The position numbers and the translations under genes were made by a program. Positions 50,408-60,059 of a DNA stretch of 64,000 nucleotides are shown here, one piece after another; within the stretch, counting starts at the first letter, position 1, and each line of letters opens with the position of its first letter. Source of the DNA: Nitrosopumilus sp. (GTDB taxonomy: Archaea; Thermoproteota; Nitrososphaeria; Nitrososphaerales; Nitrosopumilaceae); contig OZ244651.1 of assembly GCA_965218695.1 (NCBI GenBank), forward strand, positions 1,344,001-1,408,000. The letters are read 5' to 3'. The notes under the pieces are model-generated. The model had not been told where the DNA came from. It ran no database searches and saw nothing but the letters and a program-made list of their open reading frames with translations.

Positions 50408-51118
50408 TTGTCTGCTGCCACAGGATCACCCAAAAACAACAGCGCAACCATTCCCGGAAAACTCATAGTGGTCGAGGGCATTGACGGCTCCGGCAAGTCC
50501 ACCCAGCTCCGCCTGCTTGAGCAGTGGCTGCGGTATGACGGGTTTGAGGTGTTCAGGACCGAGTGGAACTCCTCGGACATGGTCCGCTCCATCACCTCCA
50601 AGGGAAAAAAGAAGGAACTGCTTGTCCCTACCACGTTCAGCCTTCTCCACGCAACCGATTTTGCCGACCGGTTTGAGAGGAACATCCTGCCGTTGCTACA
50701 TGCAGGATACTTCGTCCTTGCCGACAGGTACATCTACACTGCGTATGCAAGGGATGCAACACGCGGGTGCGATCCCAACTGGATAAGGCACGTCTACAAC
50801 TTTGCAATAAAACCTGACATTACATTCTACTTTCGGGTGCCTCTTGATGTCGCGATGGACAGAATCCTTTCTGGCAGGCCGAAGATAAAATTTTACGAGG
50901 CAGGCATGGATCTGCATCTTGCCAAGGACTCTTACGAGAGCTTTCGGATGTTCCAAAGCAGGATAATCGCCCAGTACGAGGCGATGAGCCAGCGGGAGAA
51001 CTTTTGCATCATGGATGCCACCGCCCCTATTCCAAAACAGCAGCAGCTGATGAGAGACGAGGTGCGACGGCTTCTGCCAGAAGAGACAGAGGGGCAGACA
51101 CGCGCGGAGGCTTCCTGA
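50408..51118 (+). CDS. Thymidylate-kinase-like P-loop protein; probable catalytic subunit of a heteromeric polyphosphate kinase
   Basis: VEGIDGSGKSTQ intact Walker A, LADRYIYT, YEAGMD; TTG start with BRE/TATA-like aaaaacttataga ~30 bp upstream. Confidence 0.85.
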   Translation: MSAATGSPKNNSATIPGKLIVVEGIDGSGKSTQLRLLEQWLRYDGFEVFRTEWNSSDMVRSITSKGKKKELLVPTTFSLLHATDFADRFERNILPLLHAGYFVLADRYIYTAYARDATRGCDPNWIRHVYNFAIKPDITFYFRVPLDVAMDRILSGRPKIKFYEAGMDLHLAKDSYESFRMFQSRIIAQYEAMSQRENFCIMDATAPIPKQQQLMRDEVRRLLPEETEGQTRAEAS

Positions 51119-51853
51119 TTGGCAGATCCGACAGGCGTGGTAACCAACAGAACGCCAGAGTGGTACGGCACAAAGAGATCCGGCGGCATTCCATACCTGA
51201 AGGACCTGGAGATCTCCGGACGGCTTATCGTCATTGAGGGGCCGGACGCATCGGGCCGGAGCACGCAGATCGAGCTGCTCACTGCAAAGCTTGAGGCAGA
51301 AGGATACGCGGTGCTTAACACGGGGCTAAACCGCTCTGAGATTATCAGCGAGGGAATCTTGGAGGCCAAGCGCAACGTCTCCCTGGGAAAACGGACGCTT
51401 GCCCTGTTTTATGCAGCCGACTTTGCAGATCAGCTGGAGCACAAGATTATTCCTGCACTCCAGTCAGGGCACGTAGTCTTGGCAGACAGATACATCTACA
51501 CCCTGATGGCCAGAAACACGGTCCGGGGAATCGCACGGAAGTGGTCAAGTGATCTGTACAGCTTTGCACTCGTGCCGGATCTGATCTTTTATATCGACGT
51601 GGACCCGTACGTCCTGGTTCACCGCGTATTTGCAAAGAGGCAGTACCTGGATCACTACGAGTCCGGCGCGGATCTTGGAATATCCGATGACATGTTTGAG
51701 TCGTTTATCAAATACCAGCAAAAGCTCGCAAGGGAGTTTAGGGTTCTCAAACAAAGGTACGACCTGAACGTGATCGACGGAAACCGCACAATCGAGCAGC
51801 TCAACGTGGCATTGGATGAACAGATCAACCTCTATCTCTCCAAGGCGTCATGA
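51119..51853 (+). CDS. Second thymidylate-kinase-like protein with variant P-loop; probable partner subunit
   Basis: IEGPDASGRSTQ (K to R), LADRYIYT, YESGAD; TTG immediately follows the TGA of the first gene. Confidence 0.85.
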   Translation: MADPTGVVTNRTPEWYGTKRSGGIPYLKDLEISGRLIVIEGPDASGRSTQIELLTAKLEAEGYAVLNTGLNRSEIISEGILEAKRNVSLGKRTLALFYAADFADQLEHKIIPALQSGHVVLADRYIYTLMARNTVRGIARKWSSDLYSFALVPDLIFYIDVDPYVLVHRVFAKRQYLDHYESGADLGISDDMFESFIKYQQKLAREFRVLKQRYDLNVIDGNRTIEQLNVALDEQINLYLSKAS

Positions 51854-52097
51854 GCAGCGTACCGGCTGCTGCGTGCCATGAGGGGACGGCACCTGCAAAA
51901 CCAGACATACTGACATGTCTTGTCAGACACCTGCGATCGTCTCCTGCAACACGCATGGGGGGGAAGAGAGGAGTGTGCGAGTCTGCATCTGGGCCGCATT
52001 GCATCCGTGGGGCCGTGGCTGCAGGGTTTTAGCTTCAGCTATTTAGCTATGCCTATTTTTCCTCATCTATTTATAATATAACGGAGTTATTCTGAAC

Positions 52098-53498
52098 ATG
52101 GCTACAGAAAATCTTGACATGGATTATTCAAAGTATGATTTTAAGGACTCGACTGAGATGTATGTCCACCTCAGCAAGAAGGGCCTGACCAAGGAGACTG
52201 TAATAGGCATCAGCAAGATGAAGGATGAGCCGCAATGGATGCTTGATTTCAGGCTGCGGTCCTTTGAGATCTTCATGAAGAAGCCGATGCCTACGTGGGG
52301 CGGAAACCTGAGCGTTATTGACTTTCAAAACATCTACTATTACGCAAAGGCATCTGAAAAGACAGAAAAGAGCTGGGATGACGTTCCGGATAATGTCAAG
52401 AGTACGTTTGACAAGCTTGGGATTCCAGAGGCTGAAAAAAAGTTTCTTGCAGGCGTCGGTGCGCAGTACGAGTCGGAGGTAGTGTACCACAATCTGCGAG
52501 AAGACCTCCAAAAGCAGGGAGTCCTCTTTTTAGATACCGACTCTGCCCTGAAGGAGCAGCCTGAGATATTTAAGAAATATTTTGCAAAGGTCATTCCTCC
52601 GGAAGACAACAAGTTTGCGGCACTAAACAGCGCAGTCTGGAGCGGAGGCTCGTTCATCTATGTTCCGCCCGGCGTGAAAGTTGACATGCCCCTGCAGGCG
52701 TACTTTAGAATTAATGCCGAGAACATCGGCCAGTTTGAGCGAACCCTGATAATAGTTGACGAAGGCGCAGAAGTTCACTATATCGAGGGGTGCACGGCCC
52801 CGGTATACTCTTCAGAATCACTCCACTCTGCCGTAGTAGAACTGGTGGCACACAAGGATGCACGTCTGAGATATACCACCATTCAGAACTGGAGCAACGA
52901 TGTCTATAACCTGGTCACAAAGCGTGCGTATGCATACGAGGGGGCAACAGTGGAATGGATCGACGGAAACATCGGAAGCAAGCTTACCATGAAGTATCCC
53001 GGAGTCTATCTCATGGGCGAGAGGGCATACGGCGAGACGCTCTCCATTGCATTTGCCGGCAAGGGACAGCACCAGGATACCGGTGCCAAGATGGTACACC
53101 TTGCGCCAAACACAACCTCCAAGATCACATCCAAGTCTGTCAGCAGAATGGACGGAAGATCCACATACCGGGGGCTCCTCAATGTAGCAAAGGGGGCCAC
53201 AGGCGTAAAGTCCACGGTAAGGTGCGATGCATTGCTGCTAGACGATACCTCCAAGACCGACACGTATCCCTACATGGAGATCAACCAGGAGGATGCCACC
53301 GTCACCCACGAGGCGACGGTCGGAAAGATCGGCGACGAGCAGATATTCTATCTGATGAGCAGGGGGTTCAGCGAGGAGGAGGCGCTGTCACTGATAGTCA
53401 ACGGGTTCATGGAACCGTTCACAAAGGAGCTGCCAATGGAGTACGCAGTAGAGCTAAACAGACTCATAAAACTAGAGATGGACGACTCCGTCGGCTAG
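52098..53498 (+). CDS. sufB: Fe-S cluster assembly protein SufB
   Basis: [46 protein letters not shown]. Confidence 0.96.
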   Translation: MATENLDMDYSKYDFKDSTEMYVHLSKKGLTKETVIGISKMKDEPQWMLDFRLRSFEIFMKKPMPTWGGNLSVIDFQNIYYYAKASEKTEKSWDDVPDNVKSTFDKLGIPEAEKKFLAGVGAQYESEVVYHNLREDLQKQGVLFLDTDSALKEQPEIFKKYFAKVIPPEDNKFAALNSAVWSGGSFIYVPPGVKVDMPLQAYFRINAENIGQFERTLIIVDEGAEVHYIEGCTAPVYSSESLHSAVVELVAHKDARLRYTTIQNWSNDVYNLVTKRAYAYEGATVEWIDGNIGSKLTMKYPGVYLMGERAYGETLSIAFAGKGQHQDTGAKMVHLAPNTTSKITSKSVSRMDGRSTYRGLLNVAKGATGVKSTVRCDALLLDDTSKTDTYPYMEINQEDATVTHEATVGKIGDEQIFYLMSRGFSEEEALSLIVNGFMEPFTKELPMEYAVELNRLIKLEMDDSVG

Positions 53499-53518
53499 TC
53501 TTGGCGTTTTGATCGGCA

Positions 53519-54925
53519 ATGTCCCAAGAAACTCTTTCAAGAATCAATACCAGCCATATTGATGAGATCTCCTCGTCTGGCCATGAGCCCGAGTGGCTCA
53601 ACGACTATAGGAGAAACTCCCTGTCCATCTACAACAGCCTGCCCATCGAGATGTCGCCACTCTACAACAAGTACACCGACGCAAAAAAGATGGATCCGGA
53701 CCAGGTGTTCCTCTCTACGTCCACTGCCGGAACGGTTCCGGGATTCCTTGACAGGCGGCTGAGGGAACTCGAAGACAAGACGTGCATAATTCAGATCGGG
53801 ACAAACATTCACCGGATAAGTATTCCAGAATCCCTAAAGTCCAAGGGGCTGATCGTCTCCTCGATATCAGATGCCATTCAGAACAACCCTGATCTTGTGA
53901 GGACTGCCTTGGACTCTCTAAACTCCGGGGAGGACAAGTTTACAGCACTCAACAACGCAGCATTCAACTCAGGCATGTTCATACACATTCCGCGCAACCT
54001 TGTCCTGGAAGAATCCATCCACCTTTTGGTGTGCCTGTCAGAAGATGGCCGCTCGACAATCTCCCGGAATGTCATCCTCGCAGGCCAGAGCAGCAAGGCC
54101 ACGATAGTCCAGGAGGTCTACTCCCCCAAGTCAGACGCCCGGCAGCAGCAGGCATACCTTGAGACGCTAAACATAACTGCCGGTGAAAACTCACACCTGG
54201 ACTTTACCACCCTGCAGATGATGGATCAGCACTCTGTAAACTTTTCAACACGGCGGACGGACCTTGCAAGGGACGCCACTGTAAACTGGTATTCGGGCCT
54301 CTTCGGCTCCATGCTGTCCAGATACAAGATAGACTACTATCTCAACGGGTCCGGTTCTTCTGCCAACGACTCTGAGGTGATATTTGGCAACCGCGACCAG
54401 TCCTTTGACATTCAGACCAGCGTGAACCATCAGAGTCAGGCAACCGAGGCAAGGGTGGTCGAAAAGTCAATTCTAAGGGACAGATCAAAGTCGCTCTTCA
54501 AGGGGATGATAAGAATCATGGAGAATGCCGCAAAATCAAACTCATTCCTGTCTGGACGATCCATCCTTCTGGACAAGGATGCAAAGTCAGACGCGATTCC
54601 GGGACTTGAGATATTCACAAACGACGTAAAGGCGACACACTCTGCATCCGTTGCACAGATTGACGAGGAGCAGCTCTTCTATCTCAAGACCAGGTGCCTT
54701 AGCCACGAGGAGGCAGAAAGAACCATCGTGGAGGGATTCTTGGAGCCCCTCTCACGAAAGATGTCCTTTCAGGTAAGGGCGTGGATTGCATATCTTATAG
54801 AGTCCAAATGGGAGAACAGGGAGCTTGGCATCAATACAGACGAGGAACTTGCAAAATTCGTAGAGATCGAGGAGACGCGCTACAACGAGGATGCAGAAGT
54901 TGAGCAGCACTACAAGTACCGGTGA
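53519..54925 (+). CDS. sufD: Fe-S cluster assembly protein SufD
   Basis: PGLEIFTNDVKATHSASV, QLFYLKTR. Confidence 0.92.
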   Translation: MSQETLSRINTSHIDEISSSGHEPEWLNDYRRNSLSIYNSLPIEMSPLYNKYTDAKKMDPDQVFLSTSTAGTVPGFLDRRLRELEDKTCIIQIGTNIHRISIPESLKSKGLIVSSISDAIQNNPDLVRTALDSLNSGEDKFTALNNAAFNSGMFIHIPRNLVLEESIHLLVCLSEDGRSTISRNVILAGQSSKATIVQEVYSPKSDARQQQAYLETLNITAGENSHLDFTTLQMMDQHSVNFSTRRTDLARDATVNWYSGLFGSMLSRYKIDYYLNGSGSSANDSEVIFGNRDQSFDIQTSVNHQSQATEARVVEKSILRDRSKSLFKGMIRIMENAAKSNSFLSGRSILLDKDAKSDAIPGLEIFTNDVKATHSASVAQIDEEQLFYLKTRCLSHEEAERTIVEGFLEPLSRKMSFQVRAWIAYLIESKWENRELGINTDEELAKFVEIEETRYNEDAEVEQHYKYR

Positions 54926-55239
54926 TTCATGTGGCAGAATGGATTAGAGCCTGCGGCATCAAGGATGTTCCTGAGGGCCAGCTCTTCGGGTTTGTGCACG
55001 GTGAGAAGAGAATACTGCTTGCCAATGTGCGGGGGAGCATACATGCAACCGACCTTGTATGCACGCATGCAGATGCGGATCTCTCGACGGGCTTTCTTAG
55101 CGATGAGGGGGTGCGGTGCCCGCTGCACCTTTCCGTGTTTAATCTGGATACCGGGGAGCCGCAGAACCCGCCTGCAGAGGACTCCCTCAGGGTGTACAAT
55201 GTTAAAATAGACGGCGACTCGATTTACGTGGAGGTTTGA
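54922..55239 (+). CDS. Rieske-type [2Fe-2S] ferredoxin
   Basis: CTH...CPLH motifs; start at 54922 or 54931. Confidence 0.9.
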   Translation: MIHVAEWIRACGIKDVPEGQLFGFVHGEKRILLANVRGSIHATDLVCTHADADLSTGFLSDEGVRCPLHLSVFNLDTGEPQNPPAEDSLRVYNVKIDGDSIYVEV

Positions 55240-55240
55240 G

Positions 55241-56482
55241 ATGCAGAGGACACAGTTGTTTGAGAATTTGAGAAAGGACTTTCCAATACTGCAGCGCACC
55301 GTCAGGGAGGACAAACCCCTTGTCTATCTGGACAATGCATCCACCACGCAGAAGCCCAGACAGGTCATTGATGCCATAACTGACTACTACCAAAACTACA
55401 ACGCAAACATTCATCGTGCCGTATATGCTCTGGCCGAGGAGGCGACCCAGGCATACGAGGCGGCCCGGGACAAGGTGGCAGACTTTGTCAACGTCAAAAA
55501 CCGGGAGGAGATCATCTTTGTCCGTGGTACCACCGAGGCCATCAATCTGGTTGCGTATGCATGGGGCAGGAGCCATGTGGGCAAGGGGGACGTGATTGTC
55601 ACCACCGAGTACGAGCACCACAGCAACATCGTCCCCTGGCAGCTTCTTGCACAGGAGAAGGGAGCAAGGCTGGAGTATATCCGGATGGATGATAACGGGG
55701 AACTGATCCTTGATGATCTTGACCGGTATCTTGCCACCGGAAGGGTCAAGATTGTAGCGTTTAGCCTGATGTCCAACGTACTTGGAACAATAACTGATGC
55801 ACAGAGAATAATCAAGAGGTGCCAAGAGTCCAACGTCCTGACGCTGGTAGACGGAGCACAGGCAGTACCGCACATGCCAGTAGACTTGCAGAAGATCGGA
55901 TGCGACTTCTTCGCCTTCTCCGGCCACAAGATGCTCGGACCCACCGGAATCGGGGCGCTGTGGGTCAGAAAATCCGTTCTGGAGACCATGAGTCCGTTCC
56001 ATGGAGGGGGGGACATGATACGCGAGGTACACAAGTACGAGACCACCTGGAACGATCTCCCATACAAGTTCGAGGCAGGCACCCCAAACATCGCCGACGT
56101 CGTAGGGCTTGGGGCCGCAATCGACTATCTTACCGGAGTGGGAATGGCAAATGTGAGAAGACACGAAGTCGAGCTTACCGGATACGCACTGGAGAGGCTC
56201 TCGGAGGTGAAGGGACTCCACATCTATGGCACCATGGACGTATCAAAGCGCGGAGGCGTCATCTCGTTTAACTTTGCCGATGTGCATCCGCACGATGTGG
56301 CCCAGATAATGGACTCAGAGGGAATCGCAATCCGTTCCGGACACCACTGCGCCCAGGTGCTCATGGAGAGGATGAATGTTGCAGCAACATCCCGTGCCAG
56401 CTTTTACATATACAACACCAGGGAGGACGTTGATGCCCTGGTAAGGTCGTTAAACACTGTAGCGAGGCTCTTCAAGCTATGA
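55241..56482 (+). CDS. sufS: Cysteine desulfurase SufS
   Basis: YLDNASTTQKP, EHHSN, FSGHKM, RSGHHCA. Confidence 0.95.
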   Translation: MQRTQLFENLRKDFPILQRTVREDKPLVYLDNASTTQKPRQVIDAITDYYQNYNANIHRAVYALAEEATQAYEAARDKVADFVNVKNREEIIFVRGTTEAINLVAYAWGRSHVGKGDVIVTTEYEHHSNIVPWQLLAQEKGARLEYIRMDDNGELILDDLDRYLATGRVKIVAFSLMSNVLGTITDAQRIIKRCQESNVLTLVDGAQAVPHMPVDLQKIGCDFFAFSGHKMLGPTGIGALWVRKSVLETMSPFHGGGDMIREVHKYETTWNDLPYKFEAGTPNIADVVGLGAAIDYLTGVGMANVRRHEVELTGYALERLSEVKGLHIYGTMDVSKRGGVISFNFADVHPHDVAQIMDSEGIAIRSGHHCAQVLMERMNVAATSRASFYIYNTREDVDALVRSLNTVARLFKL

Positions 56483-56913
56483 GCAGCAACGCTGACATAT
56501 ACCACGAGATGATAATCGACTACTCTAGGAACCCTGTAAACTATGGCAAGATGGAGGATCCTGATGTCACCTTTCACGACTCAAACCCGCTGTGCGGCGA
56601 CAGCATCGACATCGACATGAAGATCGACGGCCAGACCGTATCTGATATCAAATTCCACGGAAAGGGGTGTGCTATATGTATGGCCTGCTCATCTGTACTC
56701 ACCGAGATAACAAAAGGCAAGAGCATTGAGGATGTGCGAAAGATCGACAAGAACGACGTGTTGGGGGAGCTTGGGCTTGAACACCTACAGGCCGTGCGGA
56801 TAAAATGCGCCCTGCTCTCACTCAAAGTGCTCAAGTCTGCTCTCTACACGTATCTTGTGGAGCATGTCCGGGACGCAGACGGGCTCAAGGAAGAGGCCGC
56901 CAACCTGTACTGA
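56479..56913 (+). CDS. sufU: SufU/IscU-type scaffold or sulfur-transfer protein
   Basis: NPLCGD, GCAIC, RIKCALL. Confidence 0.88.
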   Translation: MSSNADIYHEMIIDYSRNPVNYGKMEDPDVTFHDSNPLCGDSIDIDMKIDGQTVSDIKFHGKGCAICMACSSVLTEITKGKSIEDVRKIDKNDVLGELGLEHLQAVRIKCALLSLKVLKSALYTYLVEHVRDADGLKEEAANLY

Positions 56914-56914
56914 T

Positions 56915-57262
56915 ATGAGCGGATTTACCCCCTCAACTCCCATCCCACTGCAGATAAGGAAGATAATCTTTGAGCGGTTCAACGACGTTGAGGCCCGGTT
57001 TACCAACGACGAGATCTTTGAGATACTTGTAAAGAATGGCGATATGGATCCGTCATGGGTGATCGATGACGTGGAGCACATGTTTAATGACATGTGCGAC
57101 TCCGGACTTGCCAGAAACATTGCGCAGAACTTTACGACCATCTGGCTGAAACTCTTTGATCCCGTCGAGGGCGTCCACTGCAACTCCTGCAACCTTGATG
57201 TCCATATGGGCGGCTCCGAGGACAGGACATGCCCAAATCCGGACTGCGGGGCACCTATTTAG
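56915..57262 (+). CDS. Hypothetical winged-helix + Zn-ribbon protein
   Basis: C-terminal CNSC...CPNPDC; 1 bp after the sufU stop. Confidence 0.75.
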   Translation: MSGFTPSTPIPLQIRKIIFERFNDVEARFTNDEIFEILVKNGDMDPSWVIDDVEHMFNDMCDSGLARNIAQNFTTIWLKLFDPVEGVHCNSCNLDVHMGGSEDRTCPNPDCGAPI

Positions 57263-58463
57263 ACCTGTATCTAGTGGCCGCATCCTCAAGCGCCCTGATC
57301 ATTGGCAGCTTTTTTCCCGTAAGGTAGAGCACCAGCGCCCCGCCTGCGGTACTCGTGTGGTTGATCTTGTCGGCCAGCCCGTACCGCTTTAGCGCGGTGG
57401 TCAGGTGTCCTCCGCTGACGATGGTTGTAGCCATCGAGTTTGCAACCGCGCTGAGCAGTGCCTTTGTGCCGTAACTGAATCTCTCCTTTTCAAAGAATCC
57501 TGCCGGCCCGCTGATAAACACGGTTCCCGCGCCTGCAATCAATCTTGAATAATACTCCACAGTCTTTGGACCAAGATCATATATCTTGTCATCCCTGCTC
57601 ATCTCCCTGACATCCATCTCCATCCTGTCGCCGTCCTTGTCCACTGCGATATCCACCGGGGTCACAAACACGTCCGGATACTCGCCAATCAGGGCATGCG
57701 CCTTTGCGACAACCTCGTCTTCCCTTCTGATTCCAAGCGGTGACTTGATTCTTGCCTGCGCGCGCATGAAGACGTTCCCTATGAGTCCTGTCAGCAGGAT
57801 GTAGTCTGCCCGGCCGTTCTGAATCAGCATCTTGATTGCCTCGAGCCTGTCCATCACCTTGGAACCGCCAAGAACAACCACGTGCGGCGCCTTGGCCACA
57901 GTCATTATCTCGTCGAGGTTTCTGACCTCTTTTTCGACTATCCTTCCTGCACATGCAGGCAGAACCTGCGGAAATCCCACGATCGACGGATGGGAGCGGT
58001 GCGCGCTGGGAAATGAATCCAGTATGCAGAGATCAAAGAGCTTGGAGAGCCTGGAGACCATGATTGTCTTGGCCGCATTCTTCGGCACAAACTCGTAATT
58101 TTCCTCAGCACACAGTCTGAGGTTGTCCAAAAACAGGATGTCGCCGTCCTGCATGTTCTTTATGGCACATTGCGCAGCCTGGCCAATCACGTCCTCTACA
58201 TATTCTATCTTCCTGCCCATCATCTCTTCTAGAACCTTTGCATGCATGGCCATTCCGCAGTAGTCCTTGTTTCCAACCCTGCCCTGGTGCGATGCGATGA
58301 CCACCTTGGAGTCCTTGAGCGACTTGATAGTCTCTATGGTCTCCTCGATTCTTTTGGTGCCCAAAATCTCCATCGTCGTGGGATCGATTGGGCAGTTCAT
58401 ATCCACTCTCAGAAAGACGGTCTTGGATTTTAGGTCAAAGTCGTCCAGCGTGAGAACCTTCAC
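57255..58463 (-). CDS. pgk: Phosphoglycerate kinase
   Basis: LRVDMNCP, SHQGR, LGGSKV, GGHL, STAGGA. Confidence 0.95.
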   Translation of the reverse strand: MKVLTLDDFDLKSKTVFLRVDMNCPIDPTTMEILGTKRIEETIETIKSLKDSKVVIASHQGRVGNKDYCGMAMHAKVLEEMMGRKIEYVEDVIGQAAQCAIKNMQDGDILFLDNLRLCAEENYEFVPKNAAKTIMVSRLSKLFDLCILDSFPSAHRSHPSIVGFPQVLPACAGRIVEKEVRNLDEIMTVAKAPHVVVLGGSKVMDRLEAIKMLIQNGRADYILLTGLIGNVFMRAQARIKSPLGIRREDEVVAKAHALIGEYPDVFVTPVDIAVDKDGDRMEMDVREMSRDDKIYDLGPKTVEYYSRLIAGAGTVFISGPAGFFEKERFSYGTKALLSAVANSMATTIVSGGHLTTALKRYGLADKINHTSTAGGALVLYLTGKKLPMIRALEDAATRYRSK

Positions 58464-58510
58464 AGCGATCGTACTATTTACTCGGATAAATTCGTTGAGC
58501 CGTCCCCAGC

Positions 58511-60055
58511 GTATGAATTCACCTGCCCCTTATATCAGTCGACCAACTTCTTCGGCCACGCTCTTGCCATGTGCCCTCCACGTGAGGACGCACGTGACAA
58601 AATCTGCAAGGCGCTTCATGGCCTTGGAGCCGCCCTTGGTCTGCCCGCTTATCTTGCGGAACACCACCAGGTAGCGCAGCGCCCTCTCGCTGGCGTTGTT
58701 TGTAGGCTCGACGCCGGGATGCTCCAGGAACGCAAACATGCGGTGCAGGTGCCTCTCGAGCTTGTCCAGCACCTTTTGCATGTCGTCATCGTTACCACCA
58801 CCACCGGCATCGCGGTACCGGTCAAGCACGTCCTGCATGGTGCGGTTCATCGTATGCCGCAGCTGTGGCGAGCGCGCCTCCTGCGCGGCCAGCAGTTTTG
58901 CCCTCTCAAACACCCACTTGTGGTCCTCGTGGAGCTGCTGCCGCCGCCGCCGGACACGTTTGGTCTCGGGAGGCACGGCGCAGTATTTTTCTGCCAGGTG
59001 CCTTGTCTGCCGGAGGTCGTGCGCCCAGCACGACTGGTGCATGCCGTCCTTGTCAAACCTGTCATATCCGGTGTACCCGTCAGTTATCGCCACCCCGTCA
59101 AATTTGTCCATGGCATCGAGCATGAGCGTGGCCCTGCTCTGGCTGATGTTTATTGCGATGTTTTTGCCCGACTGTGCCACGTTTGCGTGTACCTTCTGGC
59201 CGTCGTTTCGCCAGCTGGTTTCGTCAAACCCGGCACAGTCAGAAGCCTCCACTTCCCCGAGGATCCTGCCTGCCTCGTGGCCCGAGGCGTCCCCGACGCG
59301 TGCCATGATGTTGTTGACGGTGGATCCTGCAAGCATAATGCCCGTTATGGAGCGCACCGCGACCGAGATTCCCTTGAGCGGCACCCGTGCCGCGCGCAGT
59401 TCTGAGACGAGTCCGACCATGCCCTTGCCGAAGTTGCCCCGCCGCGGCAGGTCGTTTGGAGCATCTTCCCTGCGGCCGCATGAGCCGCATACTGCAGTCT
59501 CCACGCGGTGCCGCGTCTCGCACGCAGTCACCCTGATGTCCGTGATGTCCCGCACGCGCGGACTGCCAATCGCCATCCGGCCGCCGCCGCCGCCGCACCC
59601 GCATTCCGGGAGCACCGGCACCCGCCTCCTGCCCGACTTCCTGCGCCCGAACCTGTGGGATACGGTCCTTTCCGGGTCGTGGGGGCGCGACGCCCCCGCG
59701 TGTCCCTTTCTTCCCCCGCGCTTGGATTTGCCCTCCTTTTCCTGTTTTTTTGCCCGCTCCCTCTTCTGGGCCTTCCATTCCAGGGATTCAGATGAGGGCG
59801 GCGTGTTGGGGTTTGTATAGTATGTCATGAGGCGTTCGCTGTACCCCAAGGCCCTTTCAAGACGTTCTATCCTGCCAAGTGCCTTCTCAAGATCGGATTT
59901 GAGGGTGGCAATCTCCCGGTTCCGTGCTAGGAGTTCCTCTTTTAGCTGGTCCCTGCTCATGTGCCGTGAATTTACCATGTAAAGTGATGTGTATTGCCAG
60001 CATATGGATCAGTATGATCATTTTTTTGTGACAGGAAGGACAGGTGAATTCATAC
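58511..60055 (-). mobile_element. IS66 element A, copy 3
   Basis: TIR GTATGAATTCACCTG; 8-bp TSD TCCCCAGC (58503-58510, 60056-60063). Confidence 0.93.
58530..59978 (-). CDS. IS66 transposase A
   Basis: Same protein as copy 2. Confidence 0.92.
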   Translation of the reverse strand: MVNSRHMSRDQLKEELLARNREIATLKSDLEKALGRIERLERALGYSERLMTYYTNPNTPPSSESLEWKAQKRERAKKQEKEGKSKRGGRKGHAGASRPHDPERTVSHRFGRRKSGRRRVPVLPECGCGGGGGRMAIGSPRVRDITDIRVTACETRHRVETAVCGSCGRREDAPNDLPRRGNFGKGMVGLVSELRAARVPLKGISVAVRSITGIMLAGSTVNNIMARVGDASGHEAGRILGEVEASDCAGFDETSWRNDGQKVHANVAQSGKNIAINISQSRATLMLDAMDKFDGVAITDGYTGYDRFDKDGMHQSCWAHDLRQTRHLAEKYCAVPPETKRVRRRRQQLHEDHKWVFERAKLLAAQEARSPQLRHTMNRTMQDVLDRYRDAGGGGNDDDMQKVLDKLERHLHRMFAFLEHPGVEPTNNASERALRYLVVFRKISGQTKGGSKAMKRLADFVTCVLTWRAHGKSVAEEVGRLI

Positions 60056-60059
60056 TCCC

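Noticed and set aside
50408-51853. Simple duplication of dTMP kinase (tmk)
   Set aside because: The paralogues are divergent, one lacks the Walker A Lys, and the ppx/sixA context points to polyP metabolism; symbol tmk withheld
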